A stretch of 64,000 bases of DNA from an uncultured Eubacteriales bacterium (lineage in GTDB: Bacteria > Bacillota > Clostridia > Oscillospirales > CAG-382): NCBI GenBank assembly GCA_934446675.1, contig CAKSEL010000004.1, forward strand, positions 72,878 to 136,877, in the 5' to 3' direction. A program made the position numbers and the translations under genes. Shown piece after piece: positions 1-10,048 of the stretch. Every line of letters begins with the position of its first letter. Position 1 is the stretch's first letter. A model generated the notes under the pieces. The model was given only the letters and a program-made list of their open reading frames with translations, searched no databases and was not told where the DNA came from.

Positions 1-32
1 TGAAATTTTATGTATTAAGTTTCTCTATCTAC

Positions 33-61
33 TTGAAAAATGTTTTGCGATATGATAAAAT
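33..61 (+). promoter_or_regulatory. sigma-A-type promoter candidate
   Basis: TTGAAA (33-38), 17-nt spacer, TAAAAT (56-61), about 30 nt upstream of the first gene. Confidence 0.4.
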
Positions 62-94
62 TAATCATAGCATATTTACAAAGGTGTGATTATT

Positions 95-613
95 TTGAAA
101 AACAAGAAAATACTGACCATAATTCTCAGCCTTATGATATCTGCTCTTGTGCTTGTGTTTTCGGTTATTACGGTCGTCGCATATTCGTCCGACGAAGATC
201 CGCTTGTAACGCTCAGCTACTTAAACGAGGTTGTTATACCAAAGCTTAAAGCAGAGCTCGGCACATCATCACAGAACGGAAATAACGGCTCGGACAGCGT
301 TCAGACAGGCAATTTTTCAAACACGGGCGACGCGTCCGGTACATACGAAACGCTTGAGCTTGACATAGGCGATACACTGCTTGCAAAAAGCGCGCTTGAA
401 ATAATTGTCCGTCCCGGAAGCATCGTAACTGCGGTAAGCCCCTTCAAACAGCAGGGCATTGCCGACATCACCAACGGCAACGAGCTTTACGACGGCGACG
501 AATTCGCAATCAACGCCTACTGCATCATTCCGCGCGGAAACGACGGCAGAGGCATAAGAGTTTTCAGTGAAAAAGCATATGTTCTGATAAGAGGTGAATA
601 CGAAATTGGCTAA
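95..613 (+). CDS. membrane-anchored hypothetical protein
   Basis: Track ORF is 86..613. The GTG at 86 lies inside the SD AAGGTG (81-86), so TTG 95 with an 8-nt spacer is preferred. N-terminal TM helix ILTIILSLMISALVLVFSVITVV. No family recognised. Confidence 0.6.
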   Translation: MKNKKILTIILSLMISALVLVFSVITVVAYSSDEDPLVTLSYLNEVVIPKLKAELGTSSQNGNNGSDSVQTGNFSNTGDASGTYETLELDIGDTLLAKSALEIIVRPGSIVTAVSPFKQQGIADITNGNELYDGDEFAINAYCIIPRGNDGRGIRVFSEKAYVLIRGEYEIG

Positions 614-725
614 CAAAACTCCTAAATTTTCAAAAAAAGAAATAGCTGTGAGAGCAATGGCAATAGTTCTCGCCGTTCTCTTTGTTGTAACGGGTCTTAT
701 TGCCGTTCTTCCGACATTCTTTTAA
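606..725 (+). CDS. small single-TM protein (39 aa), translationally coupled
   Basis: Below the ORF-track cutoff. GAGGTG 591-596, 9-nt spacer, TTG 606. It overlaps the stop of the upstream gene. Product: MANKTPKFSKKEIAVRAMAIVLAVLFVVTGLIAVLPTFF. Confidence 0.4.
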   Translation: MANKTPKFSKKEIAVRAMAIVLAVLFVVTGLIAVLPTFF

Positions 726-800
726 TTGATAAAAGACCTGTCACAGCCTCATATGACGCCGGTATATCGCTATCCGGCGCCGCGCAATTAAACCGCATAC

Positions 801-840
801 GACGCATACTTGTTTTATTTTACCGGTATGCGTCTTGTCT
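801..840 (+). terminator. hairpin, possible terminator of the upstream two-gene unit
   Basis: GACGCATAC (801-809) pairs with GTATGCGTC (826-834). The tail TTGTCTTTC is only moderately T-rich. Confidence 0.35.
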
Positions 841-861
841 TTCACGGAAAGGGTGAAATAT

Positions 862-2310
862 ATGTCCCGCAAAACAAGATTTACGCTTATTTTCGCGCTG
901 CTCTGCGCTTTATTCATGTTTAACGCCTTTGCGGACGGTGTGAGTGCCGAAACAAAGGTAAGAGTCGGAATTTTCTACTCCTCGACGGCTTTCAAAGGTC
1001 AGGCTGCCGTAAGCTCCGAAACAGGCTTTTCGATAGGCATCTATGACGAAAACGGAGATTTTTCAGAAACCGCGCTTGAGAACACAGTCAAAAACGCATA
1101 CGTATACATAAACGACGGCGCTCTTGTTTTTGCGTCGGAGGACATGAAAGACGAAGAAAGCAATCCCGACGGCGCAATTTTCCGTGCAGAAGAAGGACAA
1201 AAGCTTATTCTCCGTCCGGCTGCGCTTTCCGATGGTGACGAAAACGGCGAGAATGATGAAGATAACGGAAACGTCGCGGCAGACACCGAAAATTACAGCG
1301 CAGATCTGTCGTATATAGGAATTTCCGGCAAAAAATATCCCGAACTTCTCGAATTTGTAATTGATCCCAACGGCAACATAAAAGTTATAAACGTCGTCGG
1401 GCTTGAACAGTACATAAAAGGCGTTCTGCCGAACGAAGTCTACACGTCATGGGAGCCGGAAGCGCTCAAAGCCGCAGCCGTCGCCACAAGAACATACACA
1501 TTAAAGAGTATGCGCGGCAAACATTCCTCCCTCGGCTTTGACCTATGCCCCACCACCGACTGCCAGGTATATGCCGGCGTTACCAAAACCGCAAAAAGCA
1601 CCGACACAGCCGTTGACGAAACCTACGGACAGGTCTTAACATACAACGGTTCTCTTATAGATGCGGTATATCATGCAATAAGCGGAGGCATAACCGAGAG
1701 CGCATGGGGCGCATGGGGCGGCGACAAAAACGCTCACCCTTATCTTACCGTCGTATCCACTCCGTTTGAAAAATACGGCGAATTAAAGCAGGGACACTGG
1801 TCCTATGTCATTCCGGCAAACACCTTAAAGAGCATTATCGACGCAAAATATCCGGACAAGCTTACCGGCGACATAAAAAGCATAGATTACAGCACCGACG
1901 GCGGCGAGTACATTCACACAATGGTAATTACCGACACCGACGGCAGGCAGATAAAGCTTACAACCTCAAGTGCCGTGCGTTCGCTGTTCAACAAATACGC
2001 GCTCAGCGCAAACTTCACTCTCGGTCGCACCTTTGCTCCGTCCGACGAAAAGACTGACGACACTGTAACCGTTGTAACCACAAAAGGCAGAGAAACTGCC
2101 GACACCGCAGACGGTCTTACTCTTATCACGGCGGACTCGACGGAAAGCTTTTCCGGACTTTCGGACGTATATTTCCTTAACGGCAAAGGCTACGGTCACG
2201 GCGTGGGAATGAGCCAGTTCGGCGCACAGTATGCGGCGCTTGAAGGCTATACCTACAAGCAGATACTTGAAACCTATTATCCCGGAACGCTCATTGTAAG
2301 CAGATATTAA
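862..2310 (+). CDS. spoIID: SpoIID/LytB-domain protein (stage II sporulation protein D-like)
   Basis: Motifs ATRTYTLKSMRGKH, CPTTDCQVY, AVYHAISGGITESA and GYGHGVGMSQFGA. Signal/TM N-terminus. GAAAGGGTG lies 6 nt before ATG 862, so the track TTG 835 is unlikely. Contains an acidic D/E/N-rich insert. Confidence 0.8.
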   Translation: MSRKTRFTLIFALLCALFMFNAFADGVSAETKVRVGIFYSSTAFKGQAAVSSETGFSIGIYDENGDFSETALENTVKNAYVYINDGALVFASEDMKDEESNPDGAIFRAEEGQKLILRPAALSDGDENGENDEDNGNVAADTENYSADLSYIGISGKKYPELLEFVIDPNGNIKVINVVGLEQYIKGVLPNEVYTSWEPEALKAAAVATRTYTLKSMRGKHSSLGFDLCPTTDCQVYAGVTKTAKSTDTAVDETYGQVLTYNGSLIDAVYHAISGGITESAWGAWGGDKNAHPYLTVVSTPFEKYGELKQGHWSYVIPANTLKSIIDAKYPDKLTGDIKSIDYSTDGGEYIHTMVITDTDGRQIKLTTSSAVRSLFNKYALSANFTLGRTFAPSDEKTDDTVTVVTTKGRETADTADGLTLITADSTESFSGLSDVYFLNGKGYGHGVGMSQFGAQYAALEGYTYKQILETYYPGTLIVSRY

Positions 2311-2340
2311 ACTCAAAATCAACCGAAAGGACTGTTATAT

Positions 2341-3012
2341 TTGATAATAAACATACTCTCCGGCGACGTCATGGGACAATATGCCGACAAGCTCGGCTTT
2401 TCCGACAAAGTTATTCCGTTCGGAGAATCAATGATCAGCGGACACCCGACAAGCGACATTTTCAGCAAGGAGTTTATTGCGGAACGCGTCGCAAGTCTGA
2501 AAACAACACCAGAAAAATACAGGAAAAAGATTGTATTTCCGCTTTCAAAGCTGCGTTCGACGGACGAGGTTCACGTCTGGTTCGGCAGAGATATGTACTG
2601 CCAGATAAATCTTGTAACGGTTCTCGCACTGCTTGAAAAAAGCGGCATAAAGTCCGCAGTATTCCACGAGGTTTTCGAGGACGACATGGTTGAAAAGTCA
2701 AAGACCAAAATATCAACCGACGGTTTTACCGACGCATATAACAGTATTCTCGTAAACAGAGAGCCGACCGTGACGGGACTTGACACAGTAAACTCGGCGC
2801 TTGAAATGTATTTTGAGTTTATAAACGCCGAACAAGGTCCGCTCTGCGACTTTATCAGAGAAAACAAAGACGATTCGGTGCTTACGCTGACGCTTAAGAT
2901 CATACGCTCCTATGCCGAATACGGGCTTGGCGACGTCGCCTGCAAAGATCTGATACTGCATGTACGCGAAAAGCAGGGCGATAATCAAAATGCCGAAGCA
3001 GAGGAAAACTGA
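2341..3012 (+). CDS. DUF1835-like hypothetical protein
   Basis: N-terminal MIINILSGDV and EVHVWFGRDMYCQINLVTVLALLEKSG resemble the DUF1835 pattern as I remember it. TTG start with GAAAGGA 9 nt upstream. Confidence 0.5.
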   Translation: MIINILSGDVMGQYADKLGFSDKVIPFGESMISGHPTSDIFSKEFIAERVASLKTTPEKYRKKIVFPLSKLRSTDEVHVWFGRDMYCQINLVTVLALLEKSGIKSAVFHEVFEDDMVEKSKTKISTDGFTDAYNSILVNREPTVTGLDTVNSALEMYFEFINAEQGPLCDFIRENKDDSVLTLTLKIIRSYAEYGLGDVACKDLILHVREKQGDNQNAEAEEN

Positions 3013-3040
3013 GTTTCAGCAAAACAACAACACAAAAACA

Positions 3041-3093
3041 AAGCCGAGTGCAGGGAGAAACAAATCTCCGTTTTACGCACCCGGCTTATTTTT
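3041..3093. terminator. long hairpin between convergent genes (bidirectional terminator)
   Basis: AAGCCGAGTGC...GCACCCGGCTT outer stem with one mismatch, inner GGAGA/TCTCC, then TATTTTT. Confidence 0.6.
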
Positions 3094-3108
3094 CGGTTTT
3101 ATTCAGTT

Positions 3109-3873
3109 TCAGCCGTTAAGCTGCTTTGCCATACCTAAGAGATCTTCGTGCGACAGTTTTCCGTCACTCTGGAAAAGCTCAAAGCTTATTCCTCCGAGTT
3201 CCCACTGAAGATGCTGCATTCTGCTTATCTTTACTTTGTCGGAACCTACGCCGAACACAAGCTCTCCGCGCTGTGCCGCAGCCTTATCCTCATCGGTATA
3301 CTCATAGTTTACCGGAACGAATTTCTGTGTATACGAACAGTATCTGTACTCAACGCCGTCCTCGGAAAATACCGTGCAGCCGGCAGCAGAGCCGTCGCCG
3401 TCCTGTTGCAGCGGAGTTTTATGGTTATCCTGTGAGAGCACGACCACATCTCCGTCTTTTTCGTAATAGAACAGCAGCGACTTATAGTTTTCAGCCGTAT
3501 TTCCGTCCCCGTCCTCAATGGTATTTGTGGCTGTTCTGCCTTCCTTAAAGGTATATACGTTATCAAAGCTTTCGACAAGCTTTGCTTCAAATCCGGCGTC
3601 GCTGACACACTGCTCCCTTGTCGGCAGCGAAGTATAATCGGGGTTTGAGCTTGAGTGTACGCCGATAGACACGGCATTCTTAACTGCGGCAAATACGCCG
3701 ACTCCGAGAACCGCAACTATTGCCGCGGCTGCGAGAATTGTTCTTTTTGACATAAAAATCTTCTCCTTTTTTGTACTTGCGGCGCTTTTTGCCGCTGAGA
3801 TGAGTATTTCTTCCGGAAGATTTTCCGGAACATTGATTTTAAGAAATGCTTTTTTCAGTTCTTCACCTTTCAT
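3109..3873 (-). CDS. membrane anti-sigma-like protein with DUF4367-like C-terminus
   Basis: Single TM ILAAAAIVAVLGVGVFAAV. C-terminal LQWELGGISFELF...SHEDLLGMAKQL resembles DUF4367. It follows the ECF sigma gene with a 1-nt gap. GGAGGG lies 7 nt before ATG 3873; the track TTG 3894 is unlikely. Confidence 0.7.
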   Translation of the reverse strand: MKGEELKKAFLKINVPENLPEEILISAAKSAASTKKEKIFMSKRTILAAAAIVAVLGVGVFAAVKNAVSIGVHSSSNPDYTSLPTREQCVSDAGFEAKLVESFDNVYTFKEGRTATNTIEDGDGNTAENYKSLLFYYEKDGDVVVLSQDNHKTPLQQDGDGSAAGCTVFSEDGVEYRYCSYTQKFVPVNYEYTDEDKAAAQRGELVFGVGSDKVKISRMQHLQWELGGISFELFQSDGKLSHEDLLGMAKQLNG

Positions 3874-3874
3874 T

Positions 3875-4363
3875 TTATTGCCCTCCGTATTCAATTTTCA
3901 GCTTTTGCCGTCCGTACTGAAGTCTTTTTCTGACTGCCGTTTCGGAACACGAAAGAATATCTGCTATCTCGGCGGTTTTATATCCCTCGGCATAAAACAG
4001 ATACAGCACCTTGCGGTATTTTTCGTCAAGCGACATAACGCTCTCCATTATTCCGTATTCCGGCGTATCATTACCGCAGTATTCACGCAGTTCATCAATA
4101 TCGGCACAGCGGTTTCTTATGCGGAATCTGCATATATCCTTTGACTTATTCGCAGCAACCTTCAAAAGCCATGCCTTTTTATGCTCCTCGCCGTTAAAAG
4201 AGGGAGAGCAGGTCATATAGCTCATAAATGTTTCCGAAAGCGCGTCCTGTGCGTCGGCATTATTGCCGAGTATTGAATAGCACAGTCTGAAAAGTGTATT
4301 TGAATACTTATGTACGGTCTGTTCTATTTCTTCATCAGCCGGCCGGACTGAATTTTTTCTCAT
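3875..4363 (-). CDS. ECF-type RNA polymerase sigma-70 family factor
   Basis: Region 2 (LFRLCYSILGNNADAQDALSETF) and region 4 HTH (YKTAEIADILSCSETAVRKRLQYGRQKL). AAAGGAG upstream of ATG 4363. Confidence 0.85.
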   Translation of the reverse strand: MRKNSVRPADEEIEQTVHKYSNTLFRLCYSILGNNADAQDALSETFMSYMTCSPSFNGEEHKKAWLLKVAANKSKDICRFRIRNRCADIDELREYCGNDTPEYGIMESVMSLDEKYRKVLYLFYAEGYKTAEIADILSCSETAVRKRLQYGRQKLKIEYGGQ

Positions 4364-4471
4364 TGCATCAGCTCCTTTCACTATATACACGTTCCGCAGC
4401 TCTGTTTTGTGACACAAAAACAAAAAAATCCGCAGCATATTTCAGCCGCGGATAAAATACCTGTCTTTTAT

Positions 4472-6025
4472 TTACTTTGCGTAGTCAACCTTACGGTTTT
4501 CTCTGATGATCATAACCTTGATCTGTCCGGGATATTCAAGCTCGTTTTCTATCTTCTTTGCAATATCGCGCGCAAGGAATACCATTTCGTCGTCCTTTAC
4601 CTCGTCGGGCTTGACCATGACTCTTATCTCACGGCCCGCCTGTATTGCAAAGCACTTTTCAACTCCGTTGAATTCGGTTGCTATCTCCTCAAGTCTCTGA
4701 AGTCTCTTGATATACGACTCGAGGTTTTCGCGTCTTGCGCCGGGACGCGCTGCGCTTATCGCGTCGGCTGCCTGTACAAGCATTGCAACGACGGTCTGAG
4801 CCTCAACGTCTCCGTGATGCGCCTCGATAGCATGTATAACGTCCTTATTCTCATGATACTTCTTTGCAAGCTCAACGCCTATCTGAACGTGCGAACCGTC
4901 AACGTCATGATCGACAGCCTTGCCTATATCATGCAGCAGACCTGCGCGCTTTGCAAGCATTGCATCTACTCCGAGTTCGCTTGCAAGCATACCTGCGATA
5001 TGTGAAACCTCGATAGAATGTATAAGCACGTTCTGACCGTAGCTTGTACGGTAACGCAGTCTGCCGAGTATCTTTATAAGTTCGGGATTTATGCCGTGAA
5101 CGCCTGTTTCAAACGTAGCCTGTTCACCGCACTGCTTGATATTCTGCTCGACTTCCTTACGGCTCTTTTCAACCATTTCCTCGATACGTGCAGGGTGTAT
5201 TCTGCCGTCGGAAATGAGCTTTTCAAGCGAAAGTCTTGCCACTTCGCGCCTTACCGGATCAAAGCTCGAAACGGTTATCGCCTCGGGCGTATCGTCGATT
5301 ATAAGGTCAACGCCGGTGAGCGTTTCAATGGTTCTGATATTACGTCCCTCGCGTCCTATAATTCTTCCCTTCATCTCGTCGTTGGGAAGCGCAACCGCGG
5401 AAACCGTAGCCTCGCTCACATAGTCGGACGCACATCTCTGAATGGCAAGAGAAATAAGGTTTCTCGCCTTATTATCCGCCTCTTCCTTGTACTCCTGCTC
5501 AATTTCGGCAATCTTCATGGACGCCTCGTGGCGAACCTCGGATTCGACCTTGTTAAGCAGGTATTCCTTTGCCTGTTCGGACGTAAATCCGGAGATCTGT
5601 TCGAGTTTCTTTACCTCGTCGGCAATTATTCCGTCGAGTTCCTCTTTCTTTGCGTCAAGTTCTTTTTCTTTCTTTGCCAGAGCCTCTTCCTTGCGCTCGC
5701 AAGCCTCTGTCTTCTTATCGAGAGACTCTTCCTTCTGCTGGGCGTGTTTCTCAAGACGCGCTACCTCGTTTCTGCGCTCCTTGATCTCACTTTCCATTTC
5801 GTTTTTGTTTTTGAGTATTTCTTCCTTGGCTTCGATCAAAGCCTCTTTTTTCTTGGTCTCGGCGTCCTTCTCGGCTTCTTCGCGGATCTTCTTTGCCTCG
5901 CCGTTTGCATTTTCGATTATGCTCTGTGCGTCCTTGCCCTTTGACTTATCGCTTACGCCTTTTATGACAAAGCCTATTGCAAAACCGATAACAACGCCTA
6001 TGACCGCTGCTATTGCAAGATTCAA
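4472..6025 (-). CDS. rny: ribonuclease Y
   Basis: N-terminal TM, long E/K-rich coiled coil, KH domain ([12 protein letters not shown]) and HD domain (LLHDIGKA). GGAGGTG lies 7 nt before TTG 6025, giving [10 protein letters not shown]...; the track start 6061 is upstream of the SD. Confidence 0.95.
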   Translation of the reverse strand: MNLAIAAVIGVVIGFAIGFVIKGVSDKSKGKDAQSIIENANGEAKKIREEAEKDAETKKKEALIEAKEEILKNKNEMESEIKERRNEVARLEKHAQQKEESLDKKTEACERKEEALAKKEKELDAKKEELDGIIADEVKKLEQISGFTSEQAKEYLLNKVESEVRHEASMKIAEIEQEYKEEADNKARNLISLAIQRCASDYVSEATVSAVALPNDEMKGRIIGREGRNIRTIETLTGVDLIIDDTPEAITVSSFDPVRREVARLSLEKLISDGRIHPARIEEMVEKSRKEVEQNIKQCGEQATFETGVHGINPELIKILGRLRYRTSYGQNVLIHSIEVSHIAGMLASELGVDAMLAKRAGLLHDIGKAVDHDVDGSHVQIGVELAKKYHENKDVIHAIEAHHGDVEAQTVVAMLVQAADAISAARPGARRENLESYIKRLQRLEEIATEFNGVEKCFAIQAGREIRVMVKPDEVKDDEMVFLARDIAKKIENELEYPGQIKVMIIRENRKVDYAK

Positions 6026-6323
6026 AATAAAAGCACCTCCTTCGTCGTACATAAATAACAAAACAGGTGCGATACAATATAAAACGGATTATTCCCGGCA
6101 TTATGAACAAAGCCGAAAACCGCGAAATTACTGCCCGAAACGCAGAATCTCCGGTAAAAAATGCGCCTTTATCTGGAGCAGAGCGCATAAAAATACGGCG
6201 TAAAAATCCGGGGAACGTGACATTTGCTTATTTTGACGATTTATATAAAAACCTTTATTGTTTCATACTGTAAAGCACTGAAAAATTTATAATTATGTTA
6301 TTTTGTAACCCTACAATAGCACT

Positions 6324-6352
6324 ATTATACAACAAAAGTGACAAATTGTCAA
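6324..6352 (-). promoter_or_regulatory. consensus sigma-A promoter upstream of rny
   Basis: Minus strand TTGACA (6352-6347), 17-nt spacer, TATAAT (6329-6324). Implies a ~290-nt leader before rny. Confidence 0.6.
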
Positions 6353-6409
6353 TAGCATATGCACATCATGCGAAAATTTACGCCGAAAATCTTAAATTTT
6401 CTTAAAAAG

Positions 6410-7375
6410 TCACTCCAGGATATAGACCACAACGTTTCGTCTGCCGAACTGTATGCACTCGTCATAAGTCGGGTACGCAAGGTCTATCTTATTGCCGATT
6501 ATCGCGCCGCCGGTATCCTCAGCCTCGCAGTATCCGTACTCGACGGAGCCTGTCACAAACATTTTTGTATGCAGCGGAACGGTATCGGGATCCACTGCGG
6601 CTATTCCCTTCTGCAGCGAACGTCCGGTCGCGGTGGTTGTGGTGGTAATTCCCGGAATATAGGTGTAGGCGGTAGCCTCCATGGGAATGTAATACGAGTA
6701 ATTATAAACGGTTCCGTCCTCTGCGGTAACGGTTCCGCCGACGCCGCGGCTTACAGTCTGTTCCGTCGGAAGCGAAAGCACGGTTTCGGAGTACATTGCC
6801 TCCTCGACGGGAGCGCCGTTTACGTATTTTACGATGTAGCTCCTCCTTGCCTCGCCTTCAACGCCGGGCGTTATTACCTCGGTCGTGCCTTTGGGTATTG
6901 TCTTTGACTCAAATTCAATGGTCTCAAACGGGATTTTCTCCACGCGCGTTTCGGTGACGTATTCAACCGAACCTATATCGACGATTATGTTATCATAGAG
7001 CACCGTATCGGGCGATATATTGATTATATCGTTTTCGCCAAGCTCTATTCCCTCATACTGCAGAAACGCAGCACAGTCAACGGGGAAAAATTCATATTTG
7101 CTGATAACTCCGTGATCCACAAGCGTCACGTTAACCGGACCTGCCATATACATAAGGCTTTCCGCGGTGTTATCCTCTGCCGATATAGAGTTTTCGGTCT
7201 GATGATCGTTATTCTCGGAGCTTTCGTTGAATACGCGTCCGGAAAATGCGCTTGTCTTTACCGTAAGCACGAACAAAACCATTATCGCCGTGCATATAAA
7301 TCCGACGGTAAATCGCGCCGCTGTTCTCAATTTGTTAACAATCACAGCCGTTCTCCTTTCAAAAAATTCCGGCAA
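6410..7375 (-). CDS. DUF348/G5/3D-domain cell-wall protein (YabE-like)
   Basis: N-terminal TM. G5-like IPFETIEFESKTIPKGTTEVITPGVEGEARRSYIVKYVNG. C-terminal 3D-domain-like AVDPDTVPLHTKMFV...AEDTGGAIIGNKIDL. Confidence 0.8.
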   Translation of the reverse strand: MPEFFERRTAVIVNKLRTAARFTVGFICTAIMVLFVLTVKTSAFSGRVFNESSENNDHQTENSISAEDNTAESLMYMAGPVNVTLVDHGVISKYEFFPVDCAAFLQYEGIELGENDIINISPDTVLYDNIIVDIGSVEYVTETRVEKIPFETIEFESKTIPKGTTEVITPGVEGEARRSYIVKYVNGAPVEEAMYSETVLSLPTEQTVSRGVGGTVTAEDGTVYNYSYYIPMEATAYTYIPGITTTTTATGRSLQKGIAAVDPDTVPLHTKMFVTGSVEYGYCEAEDTGGAIIGNKIDLAYPTYDECIQFGRRNVVVYILE

Positions 7376-7580
7376 ACAAGTTGCCTTTCTCGGTCATGGT
7401 TTCGTATCATAGCACAAAGATTTCAGTTTGTCAACCCTTTTCACAAAATTTTCACCCGACTTTGTTATTATATTCCACTGTTTCCGAAATTATGCGCGTT
7501 TTATCATAAATTTCGCAAAAAAATAACGTCCCGCGTTTTTCACGGGACGAAGTGCAAAGGTCAGCCGACCTTGTTAATAT

Positions 7581-8750
7581 TTACTTAATAATTCCGCTGT
7601 CTTTTATAACCTCAACAATGCGGTTTATTTCATCAACGCTTTTTGTTAGAGCAAAGCGGACATATTTTTTGCCGTTTTTGCCGAAAGCCTCTCCGGGAGT
7701 GCAGATAATTCCGGCTTTTTCCATGAGCAGAGTGCAGAACTCAAAGCTGTCGTCATATCCGTCGGGGAGCTTTGCCCAGACGAACATTGTCCCGTGGGAA
7801 TCCGGGACGTTCCAGCCTATTCTGCGAAGTCCTCCGCAGAGTGCGTCGCGGCGTTTCTGGTATTCTGCTTTCTGATTTTCGACAAAATCGCGCGGACATT
7901 TGAGTGCCGCAAGCGCGCCGTACTGAACCGGTCTGAATACACCGAAATCGTACTGCGAACGCAGCAGTTTCATTGCGTTTACCACGCTCTTATTGCCTAT
8001 CATAAAGGAAATACGCGCGCCGGTTACGTCAAAGGACTTTGAAAGCGAGAAAAACTCGACTCCGACTTCCCTTGCTCCGGGCAGCGACAGGAACGAAAAG
8101 CTCTCTCTGCCGTCAAAGATTATATCCGAATACGCATTATCGTTGACTATTATAAAGCCGTACTTTTTCGCGTACTCTATTGCAGTAAGGTACATCTCTT
8201 TTGTTGCGACGGCTCCGGACGGATTTGACGGATAGGAGAGAATTATGTATTTTGCGCGTTTCAGAACGTCCTCCGGTATCTTGTCAAACTCAGGCATAAA
8301 GTGACTTTCCTCGGTAAGGCTGTAAAAATACTCCTCTGCATCTCCCAGAAACGCACCTGCCTCAAACACCGGATATCCCGGATCGGGAAGCATTACAATA
8401 TCGCCCTTTGAGCAAAGCGCAAGTCCAAGATGTCCGATTCCCTCCTGAGAGCCGTGAACGCTCACTATTTCGTCGGAGAAAATTTCCGTATCAAAACGGT
8501 TTTTATAATATTCGCACAGAGCCTCCGTCAGTTCCGGAATATCCGTCATTGCATATTTATAGTTTTCGGGATTTTTTGCAGCCTCGCTTACCGCGTCCAT
8601 AACGCTCTGCGGAGGTTTGAAATCGGGAGTGCCTATCGAGAGATTATAGATCTGCCTTCCCTGCTTTAAAAGCTCCTCTTTTCTCTCGTCAAGAGCCGCA
8701 AAAATTCCTGTTTTGAAGTGTTCGAGTCTCTTTGCTTTCTGAAATTCCAT
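7581..8750 (-). CDS. class I/II PLP-dependent aminotransferase
   Basis: NLSIGTPDFKPP, SYPSNPSG, FSLSKSFDVTGARISF (PLP lysine) and RFAL near the C-terminus. AGAGGT upstream of ATG 8750; the track start 8771 is 7 codons further up. Confidence 0.85.
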   Translation of the reverse strand: MEFQKAKRLEHFKTGIFAALDERKEELLKQGRQIYNLSIGTPDFKPPQSVMDAVSEAAKNPENYKYAMTDIPELTEALCEYYKNRFDTEIFSDEIVSVHGSQEGIGHLGLALCSKGDIVMLPDPGYPVFEAGAFLGDAEEYFYSLTEESHFMPEFDKIPEDVLKRAKYIILSYPSNPSGAVATKEMYLTAIEYAKKYGFIIVNDNAYSDIIFDGRESFSFLSLPGAREVGVEFFSLSKSFDVTGARISFMIGNKSVVNAMKLLRSQYDFGVFRPVQYGALAALKCPRDFVENQKAEYQKRRDALCGGLRRIGWNVPDSHGTMFVWAKLPDGYDDSFEFCTLLMEKAGIICTPGEAFGKNGKKYVRFALTKSVDEINRIVEVIKDSGIIK

Positions 8751-9219
8751 TTTACATGACCTCTGTATCAATTATTTTTGCTTTCCTCATAAATCGGTTT
8801 ACATAATCCGCCAAAACCTTGCAATTGCGATTTCCGCACATTATGTAAACTGTTTTGGATTTTTATACAACAATTCGCGATTATACATCTGTAATTTTGG
8901 CAATATGCACAATTTGATTTTGTAACCAATTTGTAAAAACAAATCTTATCTGTACAACGTTTGTGTTTTGCGGCACGAGATATGGACAAATTATGCGCAA
9001 TGTCCGCCGTTGCGGCACAAGAGAGTTTACTTTTACCGCGAAATATGTTACAAAACTTTAAACATTGCAAAATCTCGGATTATCTGCGTCATGACGCAGG
9101 TCGTTTTTTGTACATTGTATTAAGAAAATGTAATAACGTAAACCGATTTTGTGCGGCGCACATCGGCAAAAAAACTCTGCCGGAAACCGTTTTTCTTCCT
9201 ATATATTATATATGTTTTT

Positions 9220-9879
9220 TCAGAGTCTGAGTTCAAATTTACTTCCGGTAAAATCAACCAGTCCGTCGCGTTTCATACGGTGAAGTTCCTTTGACATTGC
9301 GCACCGTTCGACGCAGAGATAATCGGCAAGCTCATGACGGTTAAAGGGTATGCTGAACGTAAGAGAACCGTGCTTTTTTGCCTGTCCCGAAAGATACGAC
9401 AGAAGTTTGTCGCGCGTGGTGCGTTTACAGATATGATTGATCTTAAATTCAAGCTCTCTGGATTTTGACGCTACCGACGAAAGCAGATTCTGTATGAGCA
9501 GAGTATGCTCCGCGCAGCCCTTTGAACAAGGTGTGCTCATTCTTTTTATGTCGAGAAACACGACGTCCGTATCCTCTTTTGCCACAACGTCGAAAACCGG
9601 CGCGTCGTTCTTTGCAAGCGCATATGCCTCGCCGAAACTGCTGCCGGCTACATATTCCGTTATTATGGATTTATTTCCCCAGACATCGCAGCTTTCGGTA
9701 TACAGCTTTCCCGAAAGTATTATTCCGACCTGCGTTACCTTTTTGCCTGCCTCCCACACGGTCTGCCCCGCGGAAAAGCTTTTCTGAGAGCTGTCAAGGC
9801 ACACAAGCATTGACTTTACTTTCTCACGCGGTATCTCCGAGAACAGCTCGGTATTCATTATTATATCGCATCTGTCCAT
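9220..9879 (-). CDS. Crp/Fnr family transcriptional regulator
   Basis: N-terminal cNMP-binding-like beta-roll (GIILSGKLY...SFGEAY) and C-terminal HTH (TRDKLLSYLSGQAKKHGS...LADYLCVERCAMSKELHRMKRDGLV). Divergent from the flavodiiron gene. Confidence 0.85.
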   Translation of the reverse strand: MDRCDIIMNTELFSEIPREKVKSMLVCLDSSQKSFSAGQTVWEAGKKVTQVGIILSGKLYTESCDVWGNKSIITEYVAGSSFGEAYALAKNDAPVFDVVAKEDTDVVFLDIKRMSTPCSKGCAEHTLLIQNLLSSVASKSRELEFKINHICKRTTRDKLLSYLSGQAKKHGSLTFSIPFNRHELADYLCVERCAMSKELHRMKRDGLVDFTGSKFELRL

Positions 9880-10048
9880 ACTGATTTCCCCGTTTTCCTA
9901 CATATATATTATATATTGTGTTTTTCATTTCAAAACCGCAAATACATATAGTGGCATTTGACACATACATTATAAGACAAATATTGTATAATGTCATTAA
10001 TAAAGATACAACAAATAATAAATTCAATGCAAATTCGGGAGGTTAATT

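Noticed and set aside
5018-6203. 308-aa and 253-aa plus-strand ORFs
   Set aside because: They are antisense to rny. The repetitive F/L/S-rich translation mirrors the E/K-rich coiled coil of RNase Y.
6336-6352. TGACAA-A-TTGTCA palindrome between the G5/3D gene and rny
   Set aside because: One arm is simply the -35 hexamer of the consensus rny promoter. There is no independent evidence for an operator.
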